Sequence record: MW862804
Source of the DNA: Escherichia phage UAE_MI-01
Direction: 5' to 3' (one strand)
DNA length: 44,281 nt
Part shown: one piece after another, positions 1 through 8,594 of the stretch
How positions within the stretch are numbered: position 1 is the stretch's first letter
Layout: each line of letters begins with the position of its first letter
The notes under the pieces: generated by a model
What the model saw: only the letters and a program-made list of their open reading frames with translations
Database searches by the model: none
Told to the model about the DNA's origin: nothing
Translations under genes and position numbers: made by a program

Positions 1-280
1 TCTGAAAGACTGGGCTTTGTCCCGCCTGTCCCGATCGGCTAAAACCCGCGGCAGCACTGGCGGGGACAGGGGTGCTGTCCCGCTTTGTCCCGCCTCATTC
101 TGTCCCGCTTTTTGTCCCGCTTAGTTTATGCAATAAAACTGCATAACTATTCACATTTTGGGGGCGGGACAGATCGGGACAGCACCCCTGTCCCGCTTTT
201 AATTTATGCAATTGTGGTGAGTAAATATGCAGTTTTAGAGGTGCGGGACAAAACGGGACGTCCCGCCTGTCCCGCTCCGT
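1..280. repeat. Noncoding module copy A (right part): 13-nt mini-hairpin TCTGAAAGACTGG, array of at least 12 GTCCCGC/GCGGGAC heptamers, palindrome TTATGCA-ataaaac-TGCATAA at 126..146
   Basis: Direct reading; heptamers at 19-25, 77-83, 87-93, 102-108, 114-120, 164-170, 190-196, 243-249, 260-266, 269-275; near-identical to 16698..16850. Confidence 0.85.
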
Positions 281-956
281 TATGCGGGGTTCTGCCGCGC
301 CATTTCATCCAGCGCAACGCGTTCCATTAGCTTGATATATTTAAACGCACGTTGCGCGTTTTCGATGCCGTGCATCTTAAATAGCCATTCCAGTACGCCG
401 TAGTCGATGCCGTATGCGCCGCCGAATCCGGTACGCCATTGCGTGGCGCAATCGGTGAAGACTGCGACTATCTTCGCATTGTCGGGCCATATCGCAACAG
501 GCGGACAAACATCTTCGGGGGCCGCACCCCATAAACTTGCGGCTAAATCTTCGGAGGGTGGCGGCGGGCCATAAAAGCGTCGCGCCGCCTCAATTAGTTT
601 TTTTCACGCAGGCCCATCAGTTCGAGATAGTACGACGTGTGGAACACACCGAACGCGCGAGGGTAGTTAACCACCAGGCGGCGGACGTTCTCCGCGTTAA
701 ATTCATCTGGCAGATTCCAGCCTTCAGCGACGTGCATGATGGCCTCGACCATAACGTTAAATCCTTCCGGGTCGTTGTCGTCGTATTCCGACAGCTTGCG
801 CTCCGTGTCCTGCATGGTCTGCGAAAACTCGTCGATCGGACGGTGGCGTACTGTAAACGTCATTTTTCCCGGTTCGTTCTCACCAGGGCGCGGGATCTCA
901 ATCGGCAGCTTAAAAGTCGGCTTAGGGTCAAGTGTAAAGAGTGGTGCTTTAGCCAT
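280..956 (-). CDS. Tail assembly chaperone, -1 frameshift-extended form (lambda G-T-like fusion)
   Basis: Slippery heptamer A_AAA_AAC (minus strand, plus 597..603) two codons before the G stop; the -1 frame stays open for about 105 further codons to TAA at 280..282; position between major tail protein and TMP. Confidence 0.6.
594..956 (-). CDS. Tail assembly chaperone (lambda gpG-like), short form
   Basis: ATG at 956 with GGAGAA RBS just after a terminator hairpin; acidic small protein directly downstream of major tail protein gene. Confidence 0.6.
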   Translation of the reverse strand: MAKAPLFTLDPKPTFKLPIEIPRPGENEPGKMTFTVRHRPIDEFSQTMQDTERKLSEYDDNDPEGFNVMVEAIMHVAEGWNLPDEFNAENVRRLVVNYPRAFGVFHTSYYLELMGLREKN

Positions 957-960
957 TGTA

Positions 961-984
961 GTATTCTCCAATAAAAAGGGGCCG
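961..984 (-). terminator. Rho-independent terminator/attenuator between major tail protein and chaperone genes
   Basis: Minus-strand hairpin GGGGCCAGCACGGCCCC followed by TTTTTAT. Confidence 0.6.
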
Positions 985-1024
985 TGCTGGCCCCATATTA
1001 TCACTCGCTATTTAAGCGACCAAA

Positions 1025-1750
1025 TCAAGACAATGCCTCGACCAGATCCTTACGGTAGATAACCATATCAGACTGCATGGTCAGAGTGGACTCCACCGTC
1101 TCCACGTTGTTTACTTCAGCCGATGGAATCTTCCGGAAAGACACTTTAGCCGGGTAAATGCGGATCTCACCTTTGCCGCTTGCCGCTGCCGGGTTAGTGA
1201 ACTTGATCACAGTAGTTTTCTGTGTGTCGTCCAGGTCTTCCAGAATCGGGCGGATCGGGTCTTCTTCGTCGTGGGTGAAGGTGTAAGTCTGGACCAACGG
1301 GTTTTTCGTGGTGTTCAGACTAATCGCGGTATTCACCTGCAACGGCTGGAAGGTAGTAGTCTGCTGGTCGCCACCAGACACGGCGACGTTAGTGATAAAC
1401 GGGAAGTCGATAAAGCCCGACACCTTCACCACCTCGCCTGGTGTGCCTACGCCGAAAGCACCGGTAGGATATTTGGTAACGTCCGAGGTGTCGAAGCGCG
1501 CCAGTGTAACGTCGTTAGTCGCCACTTTACCCACGATGAACGCGCGGTTCAGCGCACGGACCCACGGGGTTTTAGTGAACATAACCACGTCACCAACTTG
1601 CAGGCCATGAGAAGCCGCGCAGGTGATAACGCAACCTTTCGTAAGATCAGAGATCGACGCGGCGGCGTTGGTAGCTGCCGTAACAGCGATGCCGTCGCCC
1701 AGTACGGACCCAATCTGGACGCTAGACCCGTTAGGAAGTTGATAACCCAT
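1025..1750 (-). CDS. Major tail (tube) protein
   Basis: 241 aa; AGGAG RBS; position upstream of G/GT chaperone and followed by terminator, typical for highly expressed tail tube gene. Confidence 0.65.
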   Translation of the reverse strand: MGYQLPNGSSVQIGSVLGDGIAVTAATNAAASISDLTKGCVITCAASHGLQVGDVVMFTKTPWVRALNRAFIVGKVATNDVTLARFDTSDVTKYPTGAFGVGTPGEVVKVSGFIDFPFITNVAVSGGDQQTTTFQPLQVNTAISLNTTKNPLVQTYTFTHDEEDPIRPILEDLDDTQKTTVIKFTNPAAASGKGEIRIYPAKVSFRKIPSAEVNNVETVESTLTMQSDMVIYRKDLVEALS

Positions 1751-1811
1751 AATGAACGCTCCTGTTTAGATATACGGTTTAATGATACAGCACGCGCAGA
1801 ATTGCGCCAAA

Positions 1812-2234
1812 TCAGGCGCAACAGGTGTAGGGGACTGTAACCACAATGCGGGCACGATCAACATCCTCAACCACTGAACTGGTATAGGGCGCATCCTGAA
1901 GCTGGAATGCCGCGCCGGAAATCTTTACCGCCAGCCACTTATCCGACGTAGCGATGGCGTCCGCCAGTTCGCTCGCGTACTGTGTGCCAGTACCCGCGGG
2001 AAACACAACGGCAACCTGATAAACGCCTGCATATATTCTCCCCTTTTGCTGGAGGCCCACAAACTGGGTCGGGGCCGGTAGCAGGTACGGCTCCAGGTAG
2101 ACACCACTCCCGATTGCGTGGTCCCCTTGCACGTTCTCCCAGTTAACCCGGATCGGACGCGGGCTTGTGCTCAGGCTCGCCGATAACTCTTCTACCACGC
2201 TGTTAAGCGCTTTGCGGATTGCGGTATTGCTCAT
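1812..2234 (-). CDS. Tail terminator / tail completion protein (putative)
   Basis: 140 aa; synteny immediately upstream of major tail protein; start overlaps upstream stop (TAATGA). Confidence 0.4.
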   Translation of the reverse strand: MSNTAIRKALNSVVEELSASLSTSPRPIRVNWENVQGDHAIGSGVYLEPYLLPAPTQFVGLQQKGRIYAGVYQVAVVFPAGTGTQYASELADAIATSDKWLAVKISGAAFQLQDAPYTSSVVEDVDRARIVVTVPYTCCA

Positions 2235-2827
2235 TATTTCACCTTCGAATTAATTTCTGCCGCTACGACGCGAACAATCCCCGCTGGCGCTTGTTTACTC
2301 CAGCCATACTCAAGTCGCTGCGCGTATGGCACGTTGTTAGTAAACCAGATCGACCCGTATTCACTCGAATCATAGTGCGCCAACACTTCACGCCCAGCGG
2401 CTAATGTTGCCGTTCCAGCCTTGTCCACGCGATCAATAGCGCCAACAGCCGGGCGGTCGAACGTCACCTGCCAGTTTCCCCGGAAGCGTCCGCCGGTGTA
2501 ATTCTTCGCAGCCCAGCCACGCTGGCGGAACGTGACGTTGCCGTTTTTAGTCTTGAATGATACCAGCACGCTGGCGTGCTTTTTCTGCCCGCGCTTCAGT
2601 TTGCCACCATTCTTGCGACGCTGCGCGGCGTTCACCTTGTTCGCGTGCTGGCGGGCCAGCGCGTAAGCCCTGTTAATTTTCCACCGGCGAGGGTCGCCCA
2701 CCGGGGAGATCTCAATAAGGCGTCCGAGTATTTGCATCCCGTACGCCCGCACCGCCTTATCGTTGTTCTCCTTCGTCTTATCCACCCACGTAGCAATAGT
2801 GGCGGCGAATGAGTAGACTTCAGCCAC
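2234..2827 (-). CDS. Head-tail joining protein (HK97 gp10-like, putative)
   Basis: 197 aa; GTG start with AAGGGG RBS; synteny in neck module. Confidence 0.4.
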   Translation of the reverse strand: MAEVYSFAATIATWVDKTKENNDKAVRAYGMQILGRLIEISPVGDPRRWKINRAYALARQHANKVNAAQRRKNGGKLKRGQKKHASVLVSFKTKNGNVTFRQRGWAAKNYTGGRFRGNWQVTFDRPAVGAIDRVDKAGTATLAAGREVLAHYDSSEYGSIWFTNNVPYAQRLEYGWSKQAPAGIVRVVAAEINSKVK

Positions 2828-2828
2828 G

Positions 2829-3182
2829 TTAGCCCCTTAGCTGTAGTTGAAACAGCATGGTCGTCCCCGCCGGTTGCAGTGGGTTAGGGTTAACGACCCG
2901 GTAGTCAGTGCCGTTCAGGTTAACAAGGTCGCCCACCCGCAATTGCTCAACTGCCCGACATAAAAACTTCACATCACCGGCAACGATACGCGTTCCGTCG
3001 ATCTCGCTAGGCTTGTACTCCTCGCGAAGACCGATGACGTCGAACGACGTTGGCGGGACCACCACTTCGTCGCCGTCTACGCGATTAACCGATCCCGGAC
3101 GCGTAACCGTAACGGTCATGCCGAATTTTTTAATCAGCGGATTCACTTTCCGCTTTAATCCCGCGTAATTAAAGCCCGCCAT
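2829..3182 (-). CDS. Head-tail adaptor / head closure protein (putative)
   Basis: 117 aa; synteny. Confidence 0.4.
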   Translation of the reverse strand: MAGFNYAGLKRKVNPLIKKFGMTVTVTRPGSVNRVDGDEVVVPPTSFDVIGLREEYKPSEIDGTRIVAGDVKFLCRAVEQLRVGDLVNLNGTDYRVVNPNPLQPAGTTMLFQLQLRG

Positions 3183-3288
3183 CTTCTTCGCTCTCCTGTG
3201 CCGGTGGTACTGGTTCTGGCTCCGGTTCTTGTTCCGTCGGCTGTTTAGTATATGCGGCGAGAATAGCCGCCAGTAATGCAGGATTCAT
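3169..3288 (-). CDS. Small hypothetical protein (39 aa, hydrophobic N-terminus, Pro/Glu-rich C-terminus)
   Basis: ATG 4 nt after upstream stop with GGGGG RBS; fills the gap between 3290 and 3182; overlaps next start by 14 nt. Confidence 0.3.
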   Translation of the reverse strand: MNPALLAAILAAYTKQPTEQEPEPEPVPPAQESEEDGGL

Positions 3289-3289
3289 A

Positions 3290-3790
3290 TCACCCCCGGA
3301 ATACGTCAAAATTACCCGCTGCGTTGCCGTCGGAGTCAATCCAGTGGCCCAGCAAGCCATCCCACCACGGGAACGAGACACCGCTACCAATCGTCGCAGG
3401 GTCATATTCCATCGTGATCGGGCCAACAGTCTCGCGGATAGTCTCCTTACCACTGCCAACCGGAGAAATATCGACCTCGTCAGCCACCAACATTGCCAAC
3501 CGGTAAACGGCTTGCTCAACGGCAACAGGGATTGATGCGAAGTCTACAATCTGCCCCGCGGGAACTACCGACACGACTTTGGTTAGCGTGTCGCGCACCG
3601 GCTTACCGTCCGATGGGTAATTGATGCGGGGCCATGCGTCGATGCCTGTCTGGTCTGCGGGTTCTCCGATCCAGTTGATGCCGTTAAGGAAGTCATTAAC
3701 TACGGTAATGTGTCGAGTTGCATCGCTCAGCGTGACTTCAACGCCTCGCACTGCGGCATAATCGACAAAGGTTTGCGGGTCGCCATACAT
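3290..3790 (-). CDS. Head-tail connector protein (putative)
   Basis: ATG at 3790 with AGGAG RBS directly after the capsid terminator; synteny downstream of major capsid gene. Confidence 0.45.
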   Translation of the reverse strand: MYGDPQTFVDYAAVRGVEVTLSDATRHITVVNDFLNGINWIGEPADQTGIDAWPRINYPSDGKPVRDTLTKVVSVVPAGQIVDFASIPVAVEQAVYRLAMLVADEVDISPVGSGKETIRETVGPITMEYDPATIGSGVSFPWWDGLLGHWIDSDGNAAGNFDVFRG

Positions 3791-3803
3791 TTCATTCACT
3801 CCT

Positions 3804-3832
3804 ATAAAAAAGGCGGGCATAAGCCCGCCCCT
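3804..3832 (-). terminator. Rho-independent terminator after major capsid gene
   Basis: Minus-strand hairpin GGGCGGGC-ttat-GCCCGCC followed by TTTTTTA. Confidence 0.7.
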
Positions 3833-3848
3833 TTGGGATGTGCGCCCG

Positions 3849-4949
3849 TTAAGACGCGGTAGTCGCAGTCAGCGTAACCAGTACGCCAGCCGTTTCCTTG
3901 ATGTGACGGGTAGGCACTTCCTGTGCGGCCTGGGTCTTACGACGGCCTTTAGTATCGCCATCACCCACAGCGCCAACATCTTGAACGGTTGCCGGTGCGT
4001 TGTCTACCTGGCCCTGATCCAGCTCCCAGTTAGCGGAAGTGGTGATGTCGGACAGTTTGAACGAGCGAACACCTTCAACCGGAGTACGCGCGGACGCCTT
4101 CAGACGATAGCCTTTAACCGCCACGTTGAAGTCGAACTCGCCCTGCCACCAACGTTCGATGTTCTCGTTACCGCCTTTCTCCTGCGCCAGCATATCAAGA
4201 CCGTTGGTGGTAACTGCAACCGCGCCAGGGACCAGACCCAGCATGTTACCCGTGCCCATAGCATCGGCAGCGGCATCGGAGATAATGAAGCGACGGCCCA
4301 GGCCATCACCCATTACCTGGAGATCGCCAATTGCGAATACCTGTTCAGCGGAAGGGAGTGCCTGGTACGCAATGAAGTTTGCCCAGGTGACGCCGTCCAT
4401 AAACCAGGACTTAATCAAAGACGCCTGATCGCCGAACTTAGAAGCCGCCAGCGGGAAGTCTGCCAGGGTCGGGAAGGTACGACCGCCAACGCCGTCAACG
4501 CGCGCCGGTTGGGTGTATTTTGCCGCTGCGTTGCTCTCGATCGCCGCTTTACTTGCGCCGATGCCAGCCTTCAGGTAATGCAGCATAATCGCTTGAGTAG
4601 CCTGTGCCGCAATCTCAGCCGCAACGCTGTTAACGTTGGTTTCGATTTTAGCCATCATAGCCTTAGTGATTGCTACCGGACCCACTTTCGCGGACAGGTT
4701 GACGGAGTTGGTCAGCATACGCGCCAGCACTTTTGCGGTCGCCGGAGTACCTACAGGGGCATAGGCGTTGCGGTCGGTAACGAGGTTGGCGATCAAGCCT
4801 ACGGACATTTTTTCTATAACATCCTTCAGCACTTCACCCGTGCCGAGAACAACAGCACCGTTAGCGGCAGCGTTGAACACGTTCAGGTTGTCGGGGATCA
4901 TTTGCGTAACCGCGGTGACGAGTTTACGCTGGAACACTGTTAAAGACAT
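3849..4949 (-). CDS. Major capsid protein
   Basis: 366 aa; Ala/Gly/Val-rich composition; scaffold gene upstream, strong terminator downstream. Confidence 0.75.
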   Translation of the reverse strand: MSLTVFQRKLVTAVTQMIPDNLNVFNAAANGAVVLGTGEVLKDVIEKMSVGLIANLVTDRNAYAPVGTPATAKVLARMLTNSVNLSAKVGPVAITKAMMAKIETNVNSVAAEIAAQATQAIMLHYLKAGIGASKAAIESNAAAKYTQPARVDGVGGRTFPTLADFPLAASKFGDQASLIKSWFMDGVTWANFIAYQALPSAEQVFAIGDLQVMGDGLGRRFIISDAAADAMGTGNMLGLVPGAVAVTTNGLDMLAQEKGGNENIERWWQGEFDFNVAVKGYRLKASARTPVEGVRSFKLSDITTSANWELDQGQVDNAPATVQDVGAVGDGDTKGRRKTQAAQEVPTRHIKETAGVLVTLTATTAS

Positions 4950-5046
4950 ATCGAAATCCTTTGAGTTGTGAGCATTCGCCCAGTACCGTTAATGTTACCT
5001 TAGATTTACGCGCTCGCAAAATTGCCCGCTTTCGCGGGCAATTTGC

Positions 5047-5748
5047 TTACTCGTCGCCCATTTTAGCGATGATTTCACCAGCCTGTTTCGTCAGATCGGT
5101 GATGCCGAAGCTGTGGCCCATAGAGATTTTCGACTTCACATCTTCGACAACATGCGTCGGTTTGCTCGGCGCACCACCGGCTGGCGTGCCAGCCAGGACG
5201 GATGCAAAATCGGCGTTATTACGGAACTCTTTTTCAAGCTCTTCCATAGTCAGCGCGGATGGTTTGCCATCCTGCAAGACACGCACCTTCAAGCTGCCGT
5301 CTTCGCCGTCTTCCAGCGTCAGGCGGTCCATAACGTGGCGTTGCATGATGCCCGCATTCTTACCGAACAGCTTCGAGGCCAGGTCTTTGGCAGCGCTGCC
5401 GATGGTTAGATCGTGGATCTGCTTGCGGTAGGCTTCGATTTTTCCCGATGTGTCTGCTTCGTGTTTCGCAAACTTATCTTTCCAGGACTTGTCGATCGCT
5501 TCGAGGTCGCCATTTTTGCGCGCGGCGGCTTCCTCTTTCTCTTTCGCAAGGCGCTCAGCTTCGGCGCGGCGTTCGGCTTCTGCTTTCTTCTCGCTCACTA
5601 GCTTCGCGTTGTTGTCTTTCAGACCCTTGATCTCCGCCTGTACTTCTTCGGCGGTCATGAACGTTGATTTATACCCGTCACCATCGGCAACAAAAAGCGC
5701 CTTCATACCTTCCGGCAACGCGTCATATTCTGCTTTAGTAAGTTTCAT
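5047..5748 (-). CDS. Scaffolding protein
   Basis: ATG at 5748 with AGGGGGA RBS; charged coiled-coil-like (KEKEEAAARK, AEAERRAEAERLAKE) protein immediately upstream of capsid. Confidence 0.65.
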   Translation of the reverse strand: MKLTKAEYDALPEGMKALFVADGDGYKSTFMTAEEVQAEIKGLKDNNAKLVSEKKAEAERRAEAERLAKEKEEAAARKNGDLEAIDKSWKDKFAKHEADTSGKIEAYRKQIHDLTIGSAAKDLASKLFGKNAGIMQRHVMDRLTLEDGEDGSLKVRVLQDGKPSALTMEELEKEFRNNADFASVLAGTPAGGAPSKPTHVVEDVKSKISMGHSFGITDLTKQAGEIIAKMGDE

Positions 5749-5903
5749 GCTATCCCCCTGGGATTGTGGCAGAGCAGGCCACCCGCTCGACTTCACGCTT
5801 CTAATATTATCAGCGATAAAAATAATCGCAAAATTCGCTTGCGTTGCGGGAATTGGTTGCGCTATATTGGTTGCACACCAACAGAGATATGAAGGAAAAC
5901 AAG

Positions 5904-6218
5904 ATGACTAACATGACCGTAGCAACTCCAGTAGACGCCGCAATGGCCCGTTTCAATAAAGCTACCGTAGCGAACACCTTTACCTTTCACGCAATGCGTA
6001 ACGCGGAAGCGTTGAATCTGTGCCAGAGCATGAATGCTTCCGAAGCGGCAAAAGCGGCGATCAACTCCGCAACATTTGATAATCCGGCTTGCGGCCTGGT
6101 TCCGGCATCTTTCATAAACGCCCTGGTCGAAGCCTTTAACGATTTCATGTGCGTCGATGCCGTTGAAGCTGTATGTGCCCGCTTAACTTCCACCGGTGGC
6201 AACATCAAATTCAACTAA
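5904..6218 (+). CDS. Hypothetical protein (moron, opposite orientation to flanking structural genes)
   Basis: ATG 5904 with GAAGGA RBS; preceded by TTGGTTGCACACCAACA motif. Confidence 0.5.
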   Translation: MTNMTVATPVDAAMARFNKATVANTFTFHAMRNAEALNLCQSMNASEAAKAAINSATFDNPACGLVPASFINALVEAFNDFMCVDAVEAVCARLTSTGGNIKFN

Positions 6219-6257
6219 ACCAACCGGGGCGAAAGCCCCAATAATGAGGACATAAAA

Positions 6258-7042
6258 ATGAGACTGACGAAAGACATTAAAAATCAGATCCTGGCTAACA
6301 TCCTGCGCGACCACGAAATAGCGACCGAAGCCAAACAAATCATGATGGACTCGCGCGATCTGGCTTATGCCATTACGCTGGACTGTATGCCATTACGCTG
6401 GACTGTATGCCAGAAGGCATTCGCACGTTCGCAGCGCTCCGCGAGCATATCAAGGCAATTCGCGACGACCAGTCGCAGATGTACGGCGTCAGCGTATACA
6501 CCAACAAGGCGACGTATAGTTATAACTCCGACCGCCCGAAAGGTATCGGCAGCGTTTACAACGCCACTTTCGAAATCAACGCAGGCGGAAATGTTCGCAC
6601 CTTGTCATTGAGTGGAGACGGTCGCCAATACCGCGTGCATCGCGGGTACTGGGAAGAGAAATATATGAATAAGCTCGCGCCCGATCTCGGCGATATCGTT
6701 CCGGGGTTCGAGACAGTTATGCTGGCTTCAGTGTGCGAAGTGGACGAGGACGGGAAAGCGCTGCCGATATATCTCCCACGCGGTCGCGTAGACTACCCGG
6801 CGGACCATGACTTCTGTAAGCGCCTGGACCGCAACGACAAGGCCCGTAGCGAGTTGCGCGCGAAGTATGATGCGTTCAGACTCACCGTTACCGGTGTACT
6901 GGACCTGCACAATACTGACAAGAAGCTGATTAAAGCATGGCCTGAAGTTGAGCAATTCATCCCATACCCGGACAAGCCAAAATCCACGGCGGTGGCGCTG
7001 GATGTGAAAACACTCAACGAGATTTGCGGCATTCCGCGCTAA
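6258..7042 (+). pseudogene. Hypothetical moron gene split by a 20-bp tandem duplication (frames rejoin if one copy is removed)
   Basis: ORF 6258..6611 and ORF 6407..7042 are in different frames; the 20-mer TATGCCATTACGCTGGACTG occurs twice in tandem (6366..6405); deleting one copy restores one continuous ORF of about 255 codons. Confidence 0.6.
6366..6410 (+). repeat. Perfect 20-bp tandem duplication (2.25 copies) inside a coding region
   Basis: Direct reading. Confidence 0.9.
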
Positions 7043-7044
7043 CG

Positions 7045-7072
7045 AAAAAGGGGCCATTATGGCCCCTTAATT
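7045..7072. terminator. Bidirectional terminator between moron island and Rz1
   Basis: GGGGCC-attat-GGCCCC flanked by A-run and T-rich tract. Confidence 0.6.
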
Positions 7073-7287
7073 ATTTGCTGCAACTCCAGCACCTGCGCCC
7101 TTAGCTTCGCCCCGCATTCCATATTTTTCACGTCAATCATCAAATCCTCGTCGGGGTCTGCGGACGGGTTATCGAACTTGCACGGCGGTCGCAGTGCCGA
7201 CTCCGTTAGCGGCATCAACGGCACGTTGCTTGATCCGCACGCGCTCAGCATCAAAACTACAATCAGGGCGGTTAGGGCGCGTAACAT
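7057..7287 (-). CDS. Rz1: o-spanin (Rz1-like outer membrane lipoprotein), overlapping the Rz gene in another frame
   Basis: Signal peptide plus lipobox MLSAC, Pro-rich; start embedded in Rz reading frame and extending past Rz stop. Confidence 0.6.
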   Translation of the reverse strand: MLRALTALIVVLMLSACGSSNVPLMPLTESALRPPCKFDNPSADPDEDLMIDVKNMECGAKLRAQVLELQQIIKGP

Positions 7288-7498
7288 ATTTAACAACCTC
7301 TTTTGTAATGGTCCGGTACTCCACGTCGCGGGCTTGTTCTGCCTGCACGGAGCGCTCAATAACTTTAGTTTGCTGCCGTTGGGCTTGGGCTTGCGCTTCT
7401 TGCGCCGCCTCCGCCACTACGCCAGCGCGATAGGAGTCGCCTAGCCAGAATCCTACAGCCAGACCGATAACCAGTCCGATCGCTGCATATTTAATCAC
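7169..7498 (-). CDS. Rz: i-spanin (Rz-like)
   Basis: N-terminal TM segment (IGLVIGLAVGFWLG) followed by Gln/Ala-rich coiled coil; overlapped Rz1. Confidence 0.65.
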   Translation of the reverse strand: MIKYAAIGLVIGLAVGFWLGDSYRAGVVAEAAQEAQAQAQRQQTKVIERSVQAEQARDVEYRTITKEVVKYVTRPNRPDCSFDAERVRIKQRAVDAANGVGTATAVQVR

Positions 7499-8594
7499 GC
7501 CATAGCCCCCGGTTTTTAAGCTGTGCGATAGTCATTAGTTCGCCGGAATCGGTGAACATCTTCGGCACTTTCACGCCGCGCATAATCTGGTCGGCGCGTT
7601 GCACTCCATATAATTCCTCCAGGATATGGCGCGGCTGGCGCTGCACCCATGAGAAGAAATCAGTCTGCGCGTCGACCTGCTCACTCAGCAATCTGCCTGC
7701 GTCAGCCTTCAGTGCCGGACGCTTACCACTGGGCCAATCTTCCATACCTTTGACTTTCCACGTCTCCGTCGAACGGCAGCAATAATGTAGCTTGCCCGGA
7801 CCAGCGCCATATTGTGATCCCGCCACCACTTTCCCGCCACGCTTCCCTTTCGTATCGGGAGTAACATCAACCGGATAAAACAGGCGATCGCGTAGCTGGC
7901 ACATGGGAGAAGTATGCGTGTCCAATGTAGATAACCATTGGCGGCCTTCGAGAATATCGTCATTTGCTTTTACCATTAGTTCGCGGGCGGTCGCCGCGTA
8001 GTGGTTGACTGCGGACTTAACAACGCTTGAGATGGCTTGCGCACTACGACCGCCGAGCGCGCGCCTCACGTCCGCGATAATTTCCATAGTCGGCTTGCCC
8101 TGGATGAATCCGGCGCGCACCTGATTGCCGATCTGCGTCCTGGTCCACTCAGAAAGTGAATCAGGCCATTGCATCATGGTATTACCCTGGAACGGGTTTT
8201 TCATAGCCGTCGCTGCGATCTGCGCACCGGTCACTACGCCCACAACCTCAACCGCGGGCACAGCGACCACTGGCTGGATTGCTGCCGTTAGCGTGTCGGC
8301 GAGATAATCAGCCTCGGTGTCAGCGAACTCCTGAAGGCTTTCTGCCAGCGCCTTAAACTCGGTGCGCAGTTCCGTTTTGACGGTCTTGTCGAGTTGCGTT
8401 AGCAGGGTGGAAAGCGCCCTGTTATTCATTGACGATTTGCCATCAAGCAACTCGGTCAGCTTTCCCAGTAATGTGGGCCGGAACTTCTCCCACATAGCCA
8501 ACACCCTCCGCGCCTGGTCATTGCTCAGGCGCTGGGTGAAGATGTGACGGCGAATCATTCGATCCGCCATATATTGATTAATTGTCTTCGCCAT
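7491..8594 (-). CDS. Head morphogenesis / minor head protein (Mu F / SPP1 gp7-like, putative)
   Basis: 367 aa; immediately downstream of portal gene. Confidence 0.55.
   Translation of the reverse strand: MAKTINQYMADRMIRRHIFTQRLSNDQARRVLAMWEKFRPTLLGKLTELLDGKSSMNNRALSTLLTQLDKTVKTELRTEFKALAESLQEFADTEADYLADTLTAAIQPVVAVPAVEVVGVVTGAQIAATAMKNPFQGNTMMQWPDSLSEWTRTQIGNQVRAGFIQGKPTMEIIADVRRALGGRSAQAISSVVKSAVNHYAATARELMVKANDDILEGRQWLSTLDTHTSPMCQLRDRLFYPVDVTPDTKGKRGGKVVAGSQYGAGPGKLHYCCRSTETWKVKGMEDWPSGKRPALKADAGRLLSEQVDAQTDFFSWVQRQPRHILEELYGVQRADQIMRGVKVPKMFTDSGELMTIAQLKNRGLWRD

Noticed and set aside
1-280. Heptamer arrays as a CRISPR array
   Set aside because: Repeat unit is only 7 bp, occurs in both orientations with irregular 3-15 bp gaps, and there are no regular 28-37 bp repeats, spacers or cas genes.
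85-330. Plus-strand ORF (81 aa) in the track
   Set aside because: Lies entirely within the heptamer repeat region and overlaps the 3' end of the GT frameshift product on the other strand; low-complexity translation of repeats.
537-974. Plus-strand ORF (145 aa) and 736..1062 ORF
   Set aside because: Antisense to the tail chaperone gene, which has proper signals (RBS, terminator context, frameshift site).
3169-3525. Long version (118 aa) of the ORF at 3169..3525
   Set aside because: Overlaps the 3290..3790 gene in another frame for most of its length; only the non-overlapping 39-codon portion from ATG 3288 was kept as a low-confidence small ORF.
3840-4943. Plus-strand 367-aa ORF
   Set aside because: Mirror ORF antisense to the major capsid gene; Cys/Arg-rich and flanked by the capsid terminator in the wrong orientation.
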